This document shows, in pieces, positions 1-17,137 of a stretch of DNA of 64,000 nt. The notes below the pieces were generated by a model. It had not been told where the DNA came from, did no database searches, and saw only the letters and a list, made by a program, of their open reading frames with translations. The translations under genes and the position numbers were made by a program. The first letter of the stretch is position 1. Each line of letters begins with the position of its first letter. The stretch comes from the human T2T-CHM13v2.0 reference genome, Homo sapiens. Where the stretch lies: the NCBI RefSeq assembly GCF_009914755.1, contig NC_060941.1. One strand, given 5' to 3'.

Positions 1-719
1 AAAATAAACACCTGTTAGAAAATAAAAGTGACAATATGGGCACAATTTAATACTAATATCAAACATACATCACCACAGACATATATAGAAAGGATTTCCC
101 AGGGTTATCTGATTCCCAAGGCTGAACTGTCTAACTCCACTTCTCTCTGGTTTGTTTGGTGTTTCTACTTTCCTGATGCCCCAAACCTATGAGGAAATCC
201 AGCAATTTCACTCACTGACCTTCACTCAGAAAAGCAGGTAAGATCATGAGATCATAGGTATCCCTGGATGTACACCTGATTCTCTTTTCATTTGGTTTTA
301 TGTTCAATTTAACATTTGGGGTGGTGCCTATTATTACTGTTCTAGGTACTAGGAAAATACGAAAAATAATATGAAAACATAATTCTTGCTTTCAAGGAGT
401 TTATAATCAAATTGAAATGAGAAACTCACCAACATGAAGCACACTAGTTAAAATAAGAGAGCATCTAGCTTTGTATCCCTCCTGGGCAATTCCAAAAACC
501 TCTTCAGCTCTGGTTTTCTCACCCATAAAACAAGCAAACTAAGTGGGCCAATGGTTTTCAACCTTCTTTCTGGCCCAACACTTGAGGATATGATACCCTT
601 GTTATTAGTGACATTGGGGAGTAAGTGGGGAAGACTCATCTTGGTGGGAGAAAGCAGATATTCTTTTTAATCCTGCAAAAGATGATTTCCTATTGTTGCA
701 AATTGTGAATTAGATTTTT

Positions 720-1030
720 TCAATCTCCTCTCAAATGTTGTCTCCTCAGAGAGGTTTCCCTGACTCCTCCATCTAAAATAACATCTGTCTCTGTCACTCC
801 TTCACCCCACTCCTCCTTATCTTGCTTAATTTTTCTTTATAGCACTGAAGTCACCAGCCATTATGCATTTGTTTGTTTTCTGTCTCCCACGCTAGACTAT
901 AAGCTCCACAAGGGCAGGGACTAGGTCTTATCACTCCATCCTTTATCACATTATGGCTGGCATAATGGACACTGAAAGAAAAACATGGAATTAATTATTT
1001 TTTCAGCAAAACCCATAAATAAATGAATGA
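720..1030 (+). mobile_element. L2 LINE 3' fragment (degenerate)
   Basis: L2 3'-end-like motifs (tagactataagctcca..agggcagggac). Confidence 0.55.
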
Positions 1031-1237
1031 AATCAATAAGGAGAGTTGTCAGGAAATTACAGTATCACACATTGGTGCTATAATATGTTTTGTGATTTCA
1101 AAGGCATTTCACAAACATTATCTCATGTGAATCGCACACAGCCCTGTGTGTAAGTCAGCACAGGTATTACTGACAAGAAAACTAAGGCAGAGACATCCAG
1201 TGGCTTCCTCAGGGCCACCCACCTAGTGGCAGAGCTA

Positions 1238-1455
<218 letters not shown>

Positions 1456-2231
1456 GGCAAAGAGACTTAAGGCAGCCTTGAAGAATGCGTGAGGTTTAGT
1501 GAAGAAAGGAAGAGATGGTAAGGCATTCCAAGAAAAGGCAAAAACACGAATGAGTCTCCAGGACCAGGAATGTGTACCACATAAACATGTGTGATGTAAG
1601 AGTGGAGAGTGGGCAAAATTTGGGGGGGCTAGATTTAGAATTAATTCCGAGGTAGGTAGCTACAGTGACCCTCCATTTGTTCTAATAACTTATCCTCCTA
1701 TTATCCCAGGATCTCATAATTTTAACTTTCTACTAGTTCTTCTCCATCCTATAAATCCTCAAGCAATGACTTTCTCTCCTATTTGCAGCCAAACTTCCAT
1801 GAAGAATAACCTATGCTCACCAACTCCACTTCCTGACCCCCGTTCACTCCTCAACCCACTGCAAGCCAACTTCTACCCCTGCACGACCAAAATCTTCTCA
1901 CTCACAGCCTCCTCACTGCCAAACACTCTTCCCAGGTCTTACCAGACCCCTCCTCCAGGCCTTACCAGACCCCTCTTCCAGGCCTCATGTGTCACAGCTA
2001 AGCTTATTATCCCCCTTTCCATGAATCCTCTCCTCTCTTGGCTTCCTCCACACCACTCTCTCCCACTGACAGCTCCTTCTCTATAATTTGCAGGTACCTC
2101 TTCCCCCATCTGCCTCTGAAATGTGGGTTCCTTGGGAATTCGACTTAGATCTGCTCCTCTCACGGTATTGTGTTTCTCTGGGCAAGTCTATCTGTGCTAG
2201 GGGCTTCAGGCTGTAGGAACAGATGCTAGCA

Positions 2232-2528
<297 letters not shown>

Positions 2529-2779
2529 GAATAAATGCTAGCAATGCTTAAAGACATTCATTCTATGCCCAGCACATATGAAATCAGACACATTCCCTTG
2601 AGTCATTATGGTGGTGAATTCTGAACTAGGGGTGGGGAGGGACGTGCTCTCCTTCCTAGCAGGACAATACCAGAATCTGGAGGGTTTGGGGGGAGTAGCA
2701 CACAAATAGTTAAAAAGAAACCCCACATATAAAAACATTCAGGCAAAGCACATCCTCCCACCCCTTACCCGATTGAAAA

Positions 2780-3790
2780 TCACGGTGCTAAACAGACTTA
2801 CAAATTTGTCTCTACCCATAATATCTCCCTACAGGTTCTTTATCTGCATTTGTGTCTTTTCATTTAAAAATCTCCAACTGGGTATTCCTCCCCAAACTCA
2901 ACATATCCAAAATCAAATTCATGACTCTCACCCCATAAGCTGCTGCTTCTCGTACGCTCTCTATTTTGGTGAGCAGCATCACTGTATTCCCAAGTCATCC
3001 AAGCCATTTTTTATTTTTTGGTCTCCCATCTAACCACATCTCATCAACAAACAAGGCCTCCCTCAGAGATGGTTCTCACATCCAAGCCCTGACTGCCCTC
3101 CCCATTGGTACTGCCTTGGCTCAGACACCCATCACCTCTCATGTACAACATGGTTACAGCCTTCTGATCGGTCTCCTTGTCCCCAGTTACCCTCATTCAA
3201 ATCATCCTACACTCTGCTGCAAGAATTATTGTTCTTAAAACAGAGATCTCACCCTATCACTTCCCTATTCAAAAACTTCCCTGACTCCCCAGAAGCTACA
3301 ACATGGCTACGATCTCTCTACGACATCATCTCCTCAACATCCCCCCTTCCACACCCTACTTCGGCCCTCCAGACTGCTCCCCACCGCTCAGACAAAGGCA
3401 AAACTTTCACACTCTCATGTTTTTGCATGAGTCTGGAGTGTCCCCACCCCCACCCCCTTTGTCCATCTGGCAAAATTCTATTCATTCCCCTAAGGTTCAA
3501 CTCAAATGTCAATTCTGCTGCTTAGGCTTTCCTGATCCCTAGCCCCATCCCCCTTCCCTTGAATCAATCACTCGCTGGTATTCCCATGGTGCTATGTTCA
3601 CAACCTCTAACGTGGCATTTATCAAGCGGGATTGTAGTTAGTTATTTGCTCATCTGTCTCCCTTCCTAAATTATGAGCTCTGTGAGGGAAGAGGCCACAT
3701 GACAGTTATGTTTATATCCCCAGGACCAAAACACAGAGCCTCGGAATATGCCAGAGCATAAGCATTCAGTAAATGTTTATGAACCAGAAC
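2780..3790 (+). mobile_element. L2 LINE fragment
   Basis: Pyrimidine-rich degenerate L2-like sequence ending in cattcagtaaatgtttatgaa. Confidence 0.6.
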
Positions 3791-6059
3791 TAGGAAAACC
3801 ATTGAGGTTTTTAAGCTCTCTTTCTTAAAAACAAAATGAGAGAAGCATTTAACATTTTTATCTTGAAATGTTTTTTAAAAATCAAGCAAAGCAAAACTTA
3901 ATCAACTGCTACCTGCCTTCAAGACTTCAGCAGCAAAGACTGATACTGTTTGAGCAGATGGAGAGAATTACTTGAAAGGGAATTTGGTCAGTAAAACACC
4001 TTGTAGCTCAGCCTCACTTTTGGAAATGACAAGTAAGAGGCATTTTTCCTCTGCAAAGGAAATTAAAGAAAGGAAATGCTAAATACTATGCTTCTGAGCT
4101 TAGAACAGACTTGAATTTTTTTAATAAATGATTTCTATCCATATTATTTCAAGATGAAACTTTTCAAATAAATGAAACTTATCAAATAAATGCCACATCA
4201 GTAAATACGTTAGATATCTTGTCTTATCAAGATTTAACCAAAAAGTTTCACAATCACTTCTAAAGACATAAAATGATTTCATTTTCATCCCCCAAAGAAA
4301 ATGATGTACATTATTTAAATTATGATAATATCGGGGGGGTGCACAGACAATCCATGTCTTTCTACAGACAAATGAAGTTGAAGCTTGTTAGAGTTCATAG
4401 GAAGGGCGTTCTTATCAACTGAATACAGAATTGAAATAGCAGTGAATTCCAAGAAGTAGCTTTCTTTAGCCTTTCTTAGCGTTTCAAAAAGATGTCAAAG
4501 TGACTATATAAAATGTTTGTTTTGTCTGGAAAAAATATCAGTGTTTGGGCATTCACAGACCACAGGGAGGTTTGCAGTTAGGATGAGGGAAGATATTTCT
4601 GGGGTGTGAGTGAGCTGAGTCTGCAAAGCTTCGTAACTAGACTTGCCTATAGATTTGAAAACACTCCTATGATATAAAAGGGTAATTCCTTTTTCAGAAC
4701 TTTTTTTGGTAGTTCCTTTCTGTGAATATAAAGATGCACAGAGGCTCAAATTTCAATTAGAAATAGATTCTTTGACAGAAATTCTTTAGAGACGAAGTCT
4801 GGCAACAATACGCAGACTGGATTACACGGAAGAGAGGCTGCAGTCAGAGAGGCAGGCCAAAAGGCCAGTGTGGTAATTTAGGTGGGAGGTAACAGGAGTC
4901 TGGACAAGGGAAGTGACAAGAGGGAACAGAGAGAAAGGGACAATTAACATAGTGGCTCAAGGGAAATTCCACAAGTGTTGATGAATAGACTGGATATAGG
5001 GAATAAAGATTGCCAAACCTATGTGACTTGAAGAAATTGACACGACTTCAGGAAAAGGAAATTTTTTCATTACCTTTCAATTTTCAACACAGCACTTAAT
5101 AACAATCCCAGAGTTAAACTGGTCCTTCAAGAGATCATGATTATGTAGGAATATCTGTAGCCATATTTACTAAACTGTTAACATCTTTCAGTCCAATACT
5201 CTGTCCTACTCTTTTCTGTATCCCATCCACCCTTCCATCCATCCATCCATCTGACAAACACTGAATATCTTCTATGTATCAGGCACTAATCTAGTGACTT
5301 GTAAGTGAACAAGAGAGACATAAATACCTGACCTCATGGAGCTAATACTCAAGGGACAATAAATGCCTAACATTGTGCCGACTGCAAAGTTGATACTCAA
5401 AATATTTTTTGTTCAAATTGAATAATCTCCATTGAGTATTAGTCCAGAACAAATAAGAATCAGAACAAGGAAAATATCTTCCTTACATAATATCCAAGGA
5501 AATTTCACTATAGCACCTTTAAAATCTATTACAATCAAATATTGTTCTAATTTAAAAGCAATCCTATTTTTTCCTATTCATTGCTTGCCAAATTTACCAA
5601 TAAAAAGTTTTAACACTAAATGAAAACCTTGATGAAACAGTTCACAGAAGAATAGAAATACAGGGTAGAAAAGGCCATCATTTTTTTGGGTCTCCAACTC
5701 AAATTTCAAAACCCCAGGGCACTGCTCCTGAGAGTCACACAGGCCATCTTAAGCAAAAAACAAAACCAAAAGGAACACTTCTGTACCTTAAATGTTTGCA
5801 AATCATGGTACCTTAAAAGTAGAAGAGGGGCAAAAAGGGGTGATACACAAAAAACAAGAATTCCAAGTAAAAGATGAATGAGCTGCTCTACCATATTTAT
5901 GGTGACTGAGAGCCATCTGCTGGTTACAGTTTAGTTACAACAGTCCAGGAGGGCCAACTATTGCAGGCAGCTTCTCTATTACATGATGCATGCAACATGC
6001 TTAGAAACACAATGCACTGGTTCTCACTCCTGTGAGGAAGCTTAAAAAAGTTTTCTATC

Positions 6060-6364
6060 GGCCGGGCACGGTGGCTCACGCCTATAATCCCAGCACTTTG
6101 GGAGGCTGAGGCAGGTGGATCACGAGGTCAGGAGATAGAGACCATCCTGGCTAACACGGTGAAACTCCGTCTCTACTAAAAATACAAAAAAAAAAAAAAA
6201 AAAAATTATCTGGGCATGTGGCGGGTGCCTGTAGTCCCAGCTACTCAGGAGGCTGAGGCAGGAGAATGGCGTGAACCCAGGAGGCGGAGCTTGCAGTGAG
6301 CCGAGATCGCGCCACTGCACTCCAGCCTGGGCGAAAGAGCGAGACTCCATCTCAAAAAAAAAAA
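6060..6364 (+). mobile_element. AluY
   Basis: Full-length Alu with AluY diagnostics and an expanded middle A-tract. Confidence 0.95.
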
Positions 6365-7013
<649 letters not shown>

Positions 7014-7882
7014 AATATATATGTACATATATATATACACACACACACACATATATATATTTAAAGAGAAACAAATGCGCAAAAGTCAACAGAACTTATA
7101 TAATATGAGGGAGTTGGTGTTCCTAGAGCCATGCCTTTTTGACACCATCTGCAATAACAACTCTCCATCTTCTTCCAGTTGGTTCTTCACAACCAAACAC
7201 AGTTATGATAAATCCGTTGAGTGTCCAGTCAAGATGAGCAATCTACATTTGCTTTAGGCATTCGGCATACCTAATGATTTCCATCTTTGTCTCAACATTA
7301 CTGTTTTCACTTTACTGTACTTGTTTCCATTCTCACTCATTTTATAAAGTAAAGGTAAAATGCAATAAAATATTCAACCAATTGTGCAAATCAATACTGT
7401 TCTATGAACAAAGATGTGAGTTCAGTGAAACAAAATTATCAGCTGGCAAGCAGTGCCACCATCAATAATATTAATAGAAATGTGTGTTTGGCAGCTGATA
7501 TACAAAAATCCAAATTAGGCATTAAAAGGCCATTTAAGAGTGTCAATGAATAATGCTTATGCATTCAAGATGCACAAAAGCCAAGGACCACCTACATCGT
7601 CCATTTTTCACCTCAGTGACCTTACTGTTTATTATACCAATTCATCTAACTCATGTCTAAAGACAACAAATTTTGAGATGGACACCCACATTTTCAATTC
7701 TGGCATCTTTTCCCTCTGGAATGTGTAAGCTCCCTCGGGTAACTTTTATGCAACCAGTTGGGTGCCAATGTGCGGACTGATATGGAAATTACTGTTCTAA
7801 AAAGACAGGATTCAAGAAGATACACAAGGAGGAAAAACAACACATGATGTACAAATTTCTACCCACTTGCGGTATCAATTTC

Positions 7883-8244
7883 TGTCTCAGTCCTTTCAGG
7901 CTGCTATAACCAAATACCTCAGACTGGGCAATTTATAAACAACAGAAATTTACTGCTCACAGTTCTGGAGGCCAGGAAGTCCAAGAGCATGGCATAAGCA
8001 GATACGGTGTCTGGTGAGGACTTTTTCTCTGCTCCATGGGTGGTGCCTTCTACATGTTCTCATATGTCCAAAGGGGCAAGGAAGCTCCCTTCAATCTTTT
8101 TTTTATAAGGGCACTAATCCCATTCTTGAGGGCAGAGTCCTCATGACTTACTTCCCCGAAGGTCCCACCTCTTAATACTATCACACTGGAGATTAGGTTC
8201 TAACATATGAATCTTGGGAGGACACTACTATTCAGACCATGGCA
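7883..8244 (-). mobile_element. MLT1A-like MaLR solo LTR
   Basis: Reverse strand begins TGCCATGGTCTGAAT and ends CTGAGACA; internal ctcacagttctggaggc..ggaagtccaag motif. Confidence 0.8.
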
Positions 8245-8401
8245 AAGGGTGTCAATGAATAATGCATACCATTCAAGACATACAAAAGTCAAGGACTGCC
8301 TACATAGCCATCACTTCCACCTCAATAACCTTGATTTGCTATTATTACACCAATTCATCTACTTCATATCTAAGAAAGCAAATTATCGAGATGGACACCT
8401 A

Positions 8402-8831
<430 letters not shown>

Positions 8832-8981
8832 TGACTTTTATGCAATCAGCTGGGCACCAATGTGCAGACTGGTATAGAAACTACCACCCTTGAAAAAGCA
8901 GGATTCAAGAAAGTACGCAAGACAGAAAACACATGGTATAAATACATGGTCTTCTCAGCCTCCCCCCACTGCCCACATTGA

Positions 8982-9295
<314 letters not shown>

Positions 9296-10249
9296 CAGAT
9301 TTCTCCATTTTCTAATCTCCCAGATCATTTATGGCTCATATCACACAAAGTGGCATTTCACTATACACTATCATGTATGGTCCACAGTTGTTTTGTGCAA
9401 GATAGAAAGACATCCCCACATGGCCTGCTATCTCTGTACTCCCTTCTGCTAAGACGGTGAGTGCTATCGTTCATTAATGTCTATAGAACACTTTCCAGTT
9501 TACAAAGAGCCTCCACATAGATTTATCTCATTTGAACTTCACAACAGTTTGAGGAATCATGGTTACCTTCATTTTCCTGACAATGATGTGTAGTTAAAAC
9601 TCAAACCCTGGTTGTCTAATACCAAATCCTTTGCTCCTTCCACAGAATGACACAAGGCAAACTTAGCAATATGCCACACTTGAACACCTGGTGGAATACT
9701 GTCCCTACGAACAGGGTAATACTGTCCCTGCAAGTGTGAAAGACGAAGTATTCAAAGCCAGTGGGAAAGGAATACATGAGGGCCCCTGAAAGGGAATCAT
9801 GGTAAGATTTCAAAAGTACGAGACAAAGCCCAAGGGACAAAACCCAGGGCAAAGGATGAGAGGACCTGGGTTCTAGTTCTCTCTCTTCCATTGATTCACC
9901 ATGGGCACAACGACTTCTCTAAGAATCAGTCTCCTCATTTGTAAACCAAAAAAGTAATCGCTTGAGTTATAACACCGTATCAGAAAGAAAAAAGTCAAAC
10001 ACACATGGGAGCGTTGAGGCCTAAGACCGCCCCCGCCCGCCACTCCACATGCATCCTACATGCACGTCCTGGAACCAACACTCATGTATGCTTAGGGGTG
10101 ACTGTAATATATCAAAAATTGCTCGGTAAACAGAGAAGAGAAAGAGGGAGAAATAACTTTTATTTTCAACAAACAAGAACAGGCTTTTTAATTTCTTAAA
10201 AATTTTTACTTAAAGAAAACACAAGTTGGAAACATTTTTTAAAATTAAC

Positions 10250-10534
10250 AGGCTCACGCCTGTAATCCCAGCACTTTGGGGGGCCGATATGGGCTGATCA
10301 AGAGGTCAGGAAATCAAGAACAGCCTGGCCAACATGGTGAAACCCTGTCTCTACTAAAAATACAAAAATTAGCCAGGTGTGGTGGTGCGTGCCTGTAATC
10401 CCAGCTACTCGGGAGGCTGAGGCAGGAGAATCGCTGGGAGGTGGAGGTTGCGGTGAGCTGACATCACGCCATTGTACTCTGCCCTGGGCAACAAGAGCAA
10501 AACTCCATCTCAAAAAAACAAAAACAAAAAAAAA
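10250..10534 (+). mobile_element. AluS (Sp/Sq-like)
   Basis: Dimeric Alu, slightly 5'-truncated. Confidence 0.9.
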
Positions 10535-10546
10535 GTAACGTAATGA

Positions 10547-11135
<589 letters not shown>

Positions 11136-11970
11136 CTAAAATACAGCGTGATTAGGTAATTCTACTTTCTTCTTCCCGTTTATTCAGAAACTGGAGTTTT
11201 CCTTCTTTTTCAATTCTCAAATGATTTTTTTAAAGACTTAAAATTAATACATGCAGGGGCAAAGAATGTTTTTATTTTCCATACCAAAAGTCACAACTAT
11301 ACCAGTAGTTAAGGGCTGCAATTCAAAAGAAGATACCATTTTTTACCCATCAGAGCAACAAAACAAAATCCATCAAGTTCTGTAACGCCCACTGACAGCT
11401 AAGGTTTAAGGAAAGGGGCCCTCACACAGATTGCTGAAGGGAATGTAAATGCCACAACTTTTAAGAAAAAGACATGGTGGTACCTATTACATCTTTAACA
11501 CTCATACCTTTTGTCCCAGTAACCCCACTTTGAGGACTCTATTGCTAAAGAAATAGAAGCCATGGTCTTTAAGAATATTTACTGCAGCACTCGTTGTAAT
11601 GGCAAAAAACTAAACAACCCAACGTCCATCAAATGGGGAGTGGCTGGAAAAATGCCTGCATATTTATATTGTGGAATACAACTGACGAATTTGTCAGACA
11701 CATCAACTTGGAGGAATGTCCAAATTTAAGTGAAGAAAAGTAAAATTACAGAGGAAAATGTATAGTACAGTTCTGTTTTCTTTAAAAATAGGAAAGGAAA
11801 ACTTTTTTTAGGTATGTATGTTTGTAAATTTATAGTTGTATAAGCATAGATAAATGTGGGGAAGGGAAACTCCAAACAGCCAATCCTGGTTACTTGAGGA
11901 GAAAGGCACTGGAGGGGCAGAAAGGGAGAGAGAGTATGAACTTTTGAGTTACACATTGGTATGTTTTGAC

Positions 11971-12266
11971 TTTTTTGACACGGACTCTCGCTCTGTCGCC
12001 AGGCTGGAGTGCAGTGGCGCAATCTTGGCTCACAGCAACCTCCGCCTCCCGAGTTCAAGCGATTCTCCGGCCTTAGCCTCCTGAGTAGCTGGGATTACAG
12101 GCGCGTGCCACCATGCCCGGCTAATTTTTGTATTTTTAGTAGAGATGTATTTAGTAGAGAGTAGAGACCATGTTGTCCAGGCTGGTCTCGATCTCCTGAC
12201 CTCGTGATCCGCCTGCCTCAACCTCCCAAAGTGCTGGGATTACAGGCGTGAGCCACTGCGCCTGGC
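11971..12266 (-). mobile_element. AluS
   Basis: Reverse-strand Alu with a rearranged middle (gtatttagtagaga duplicated). Confidence 0.9.
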
Positions 12267-12907
12267 TTTTTTGACTTGTTATAATGTGCATGTATCATGT
12301 GGATTGCCTATTTTAAACCCAATTACAGGGTCATTTCCCCATGATGGAAGCAGGGAGGGAATACGGAAAGGGAAGAAAATAGGAAAACAAAGATCTACAA
12401 AATAAATGACAACTTAAGTAGAAACTATTAGAAAGAGGTATTAAAAGCATCCCTCTTCGTTAAAAAAAAAATTAAGAATAGGAGATAAAAACTAAAATCA
12501 AGAAATGCCAAAATCATGCATATTTTTCCAGAGGGAAAGAGAAATACAAGAGAAAAATATGAAAGAAAAAGGCAAGAAAAGAAGGCGAAAGAGAGAGAAA
12601 GAAACAAGAATAAATGAAGTGGGGATCGGGCAGAACCTACAGAGTCATTACGGGGGAAATATAAAAATGACAAACTGGCTTACAGGGACATGGAGGGAAG
12701 AGGGAAACGGTTACAGAAAGAACTGGAGGGTGATATAATTCCTTTCCTAAAGTTAAGCAGTATTAATACCAGCAATCTTAACATTCTGTCTTAACTTTAT
12801 AGGGAGAAAAACCCTAACTTTTCAAAATCTAGCAACTGGGGATGGGCTAAGTTTGCCCTTCTGTTGACTTACATCTCCATCTTGTGGTCTGTTCAGGACA
12901 TAGCTCT

Positions 12908-13062
12908 TAGAGAGAGAGAGAGAGAGTGTGTGGGTGCGCACACGCATGTGTGTGTATCTGTATGCATATGCATGCAAATATATGCAAATATGTATGTATA
13001 TAAATATAACCATATCTACTCACATGTGTAATACATGTACATGTAGTATATAAATGCACATA
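12908..13062. repeat. (GA)n / (GT,AT)-rich alternating purine-pyrimidine simple repeat
   Basis: Directly visible. Confidence 0.85.
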
Positions 13063-13504
13063 TTTGCACTTATTCTTTAATTCAAGTAGAACTTACAAAC
13101 AGAAAAATCCCCAGTGTACAGCTCAAAGATGATTCACAAAGTGAATACCCACAGTTAACCACTACCCACAGCAAGAAAAAGAGTATTACCAGAACCCCAG
13201 GAGCCCTGTCATATACCCTTCTAGTCACTACTTCCCCCAAAGGGAACCGCTTTCGTGATTTATAACACTGTAAGTCTCACCTTTATAGGAGTGGCATCAT
13301 ATAGCATGAACTGTGTAAACTCTTCTGTCTGACATGATGTCTGAGATCCATCCATAGTGTGGTGTACAGTTGTAGATTGTTAATTCTCATTTGCTGTGTG
13401 ACATCATTGTATGAATATGCCATCATGTATTTATTCATTATACTATAGATGTTCATTGGATTATTTCCAGGTGAGACTACTAAGAAAAGCACTGTAAACA
13501 GAGA

Positions 13505-13667
13505 CGCCTGTAGTCTCAACTACTCTGGAGACTGAGGTGGGAGAATCGCGTGAGCCCAGGACCTTGAGGTTACAGTGTACTATGATTCCATCAGTGAATA
13601 GCCACTCTACTCCAGCCTGGGCAACGTAGCAAGACCCTGTCTCTAAAAAACAAAACAAAACAAAAAA
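13505..13667 (+). mobile_element. FAM (fossil Alu monomer)
   Basis: Retains the 7SL-derived GTGAATAGCCACT segment that dimeric Alus lack. Confidence 0.75.
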
Positions 13668-13678
13668 TAGCACTGCTA

Positions 13679-14049
<371 letters not shown>

Positions 14050-15104
14050 TCAGCAAATATGGTTTTCCAAAGAGATTGTACAATTTACAGTCCCAGCAGT
14101 AGTATATGAGAACTATAGCTGCTCCACATCCTAGCAACACTTGACATGTCTGTCATTTTAATTTTAGCCATTCTTGTAGTATAATGACATTGTGACTTGA
14201 CTTTGCATTTACTTGATGACTAGTGAAGTTGAACACCTTTTCTTACATTCATCAACCATTGAATATCCTCTTGTGAAATTCAAGTCTTTTGCCTATGTTT
14301 TTCTAACAGGTTGCTTGCCTTTTTCTTGACTTATAGGGATTCTTCATATATCCAAGATACATTTCCTATGTCAAATATTAATATATGCCCTGCAAATACA
14401 GATTTTCATTCTGTGACTTGTCTTTCAATCATTGTGGTATCTTTTGATAAAAAGAATTTTTTGTTTTAATGAAATCCAACTTATCACTTGTTTCCTTTAT
14501 GGTTAGTATGTTTTGTGGCCTGTTTAAGAAATCTTTGGCTATCCCAAGATCATAAAAATGTTCTCCTGTTTTCTTCTAAAAGCTCTCTGGTTCAACCCTT
14601 CACATTTAGATCTATAATCCTTTTGGAATTATTTCTTATGTAGGGTGATAGCAGAGGCCAAGATTCATTTTTTTCCATGTGGATATCCAGTTGACATAAT
14701 GCCATTTATTGAAAAGATTACCTCTGTCATAAATCAGGTGACAATATATGTGTTAGACTGCTTCTGAACCCTCTCTTTTGTTCCACGGGTTTATCTGCCT
14801 ATCCTTGTGCTAACACCACACTACAGCTTTGTGGTGAGTCTGGATAACTGGTCATGTGAGTCCTCTGGCCTTTTTGTTCTTAAAAATTGTCTCAGCTCTT
14901 CTTATCTCTTTGCATTAACCATATAAACAGTGGCTGTAATCAGCTTCTCAAGTGGCAAAACGGAAACAAAAATCTGGCTGGGGACTGTAAGTGGGTTTGC
15001 TCTAAATCTATAAATCAATCTTGAGGGAACTGATGACTTTACAATATTGAGTCTCCCAATCTCTGAACAAGGCACAGAGACTGAAGAGATCTGAGCATGG
15101 TAAG

Positions 15105-15366
15105 ACCCCACCCCGACTTACTCAAAGTTTCACTTTCCAGAGTTTCAGTTACCCACACTCCGAAAATATTATAGACAATAAGATATTTTGAGAGAGAGAG
15201 AGAGAGACCACATTCTCATAACTTCCATTACAGTATTAAACTTTACCATGGGTATATATTCACAAGTAAAAATATAGCATATACAGGGCTCAGTACTACC
15301 CAAGCTTTCAGGAATCCACTGAGGGTCTTAGAATGTGTCCTCTGCCCTTAAGCAGGGGACTACTCT
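15105..15366 (+). mobile_element. MER44A-like (Tigger) DNA transposon
   Basis: aataagatattttgagagagagaccacatt... internal motif and a ggggactact terminal remnant. Confidence 0.75.
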
Positions 15367-16835
15367 TTATTTATCTCTTCAGCTTTACTTAATTTCCCTA
15401 AATAATGTTTTATAGTTTTCAGTGTAGAAGTCTCATACATCTTTCATTTTACTTATTTCTACAGATTTCATGTTTTTTTTTTTAAAGTACTATGACAGCA
15501 GCCTTAAAATTTTTTCATTTGATTTTTCTTTGTTGTCTAGCTTTTAAAACCTTCTGAGGAGAGAAACTACCAGGTTGCTACTGCTAACCACGTGTGGACA
15601 GGCTGTGCTTCATTTTCTTTCACATGGTAATGGCTGGATACCTTTCTTGACTTGATCAATGACATGGAGTTGCAATGACCATTTGTTCAGATCTCAAGGT
15701 CTCTGGTTTTCTTTGCTCCATCAGTCATCCAAAGAGATAATCTTTCTTTACATTTAGTCTCTATTTGGAAGTCAGGCTGTTAATAGAGCTTCCTTTCCTA
15801 TCCCATGGTGAGGGAAAAAAAAAAAAATCCGGACTAAGTAGCTACAGAGATCTCTTCTGGCGATAATCAGTCTTGTGAGAACATACATAACCTAAAAACT
15901 TCGAATAGCTACTCTGTCAAGTTCGAAGGTAGTTTCAAGATACTTAAGAGTATTACTTTAAGCCTTCTACTTCGTCATCTCCAAGATACACTGTTAAGTA
16001 AAAAAGATGACGTGCAGTAAAGAATGCATATTATATTATAATTCCTGTTTTTTTAAAAAACACAAACAAGTTGGAATAGAGACTGGGGATATGGGCCCGT
16101 GCATGTATCCTTGGATACGTGTAGAATCCTTCTGGAAGGGCACACACACAGAAAACTGTTAAAAGTGGCTGCTTCTGGGGAAGAAAATGGGAAACTGTAG
16201 GTGAGAAGTAGAAAGAGCCTGAATTTTCATTGATTACAATTTTGTACAGTTTAACAATGTAACAAATTACTTTAAAAATAAATTTATATTTAAAAAACAT
16301 TCTTCAAAAACAAATATTCATTCCCATAAACCACTGGAATGGTCAACATTTTGACCTAACACTATCAACCAAACCGACTCTTCCACCAAGAAGAGTCCCA
16401 AAAAATACCTCATCATATGACATATCTAGTTTCTCTCTCCAAGAAAAACATGGTCACTGTACACATTATATGGCTGGTATCAGACCATTAGTTAAGCGTA
16501 TTACCCTAAACATTCTGCTTCATCGTCTTCAATATATACTGTGAAGCAAAAAAAAGATGATGCAGCATAAAGACTGGAAAAAAATGTGCTAAGGCAACAT
16601 ATATTCCAAATTTTTTTTATCAGTTCCTACTTCAAATACTCCCTTTGTCATTCTATCAGTCCTTGCACCAAATTATCTATTAACATTTCACCAGAATGTG
16701 TAGAAAAAGTCAGAAGCTACTACTTCTCAAAATAGAATTAAACAAGAATTAACAAAATATATACAAGATTATCTGTCTGCAGAAGAAACCAGCTCTATGA
16801 AACTGTATCAATGTGTCACGTTAAAATTGCTTGCA

Positions 16836-17137
16836 GGCTGGTCACGATGGCTCACGCCTTGTAATGCCAGGGCTTTCGGTGGCCGAGGCAGGTGGATCAC
16901 CGGAGTTCAGGAGTTCAAGACCAGCCTGGCCAACATGGTCAAACCCCGTCTCTAATAAAAATACAAAAATGAGCTGGGCAGGGTGATATGTGCCTGTAGT
17001 CCCAGCTACTTGGGAGCTGAGGCAGGAGAATCACTGGAACCTCGGAGGCAGAGGCTGCAGTGAGCCAAGATCATGCCACTGCTCCAGCCTGGGTGACAGA
17101 GTGAGACTCCATCTCGAAACAAAACAAAACAAAAAAA
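16836..17137 (+). mobile_element. AluS
   Basis: Dimeric Alu. Confidence 0.9.
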
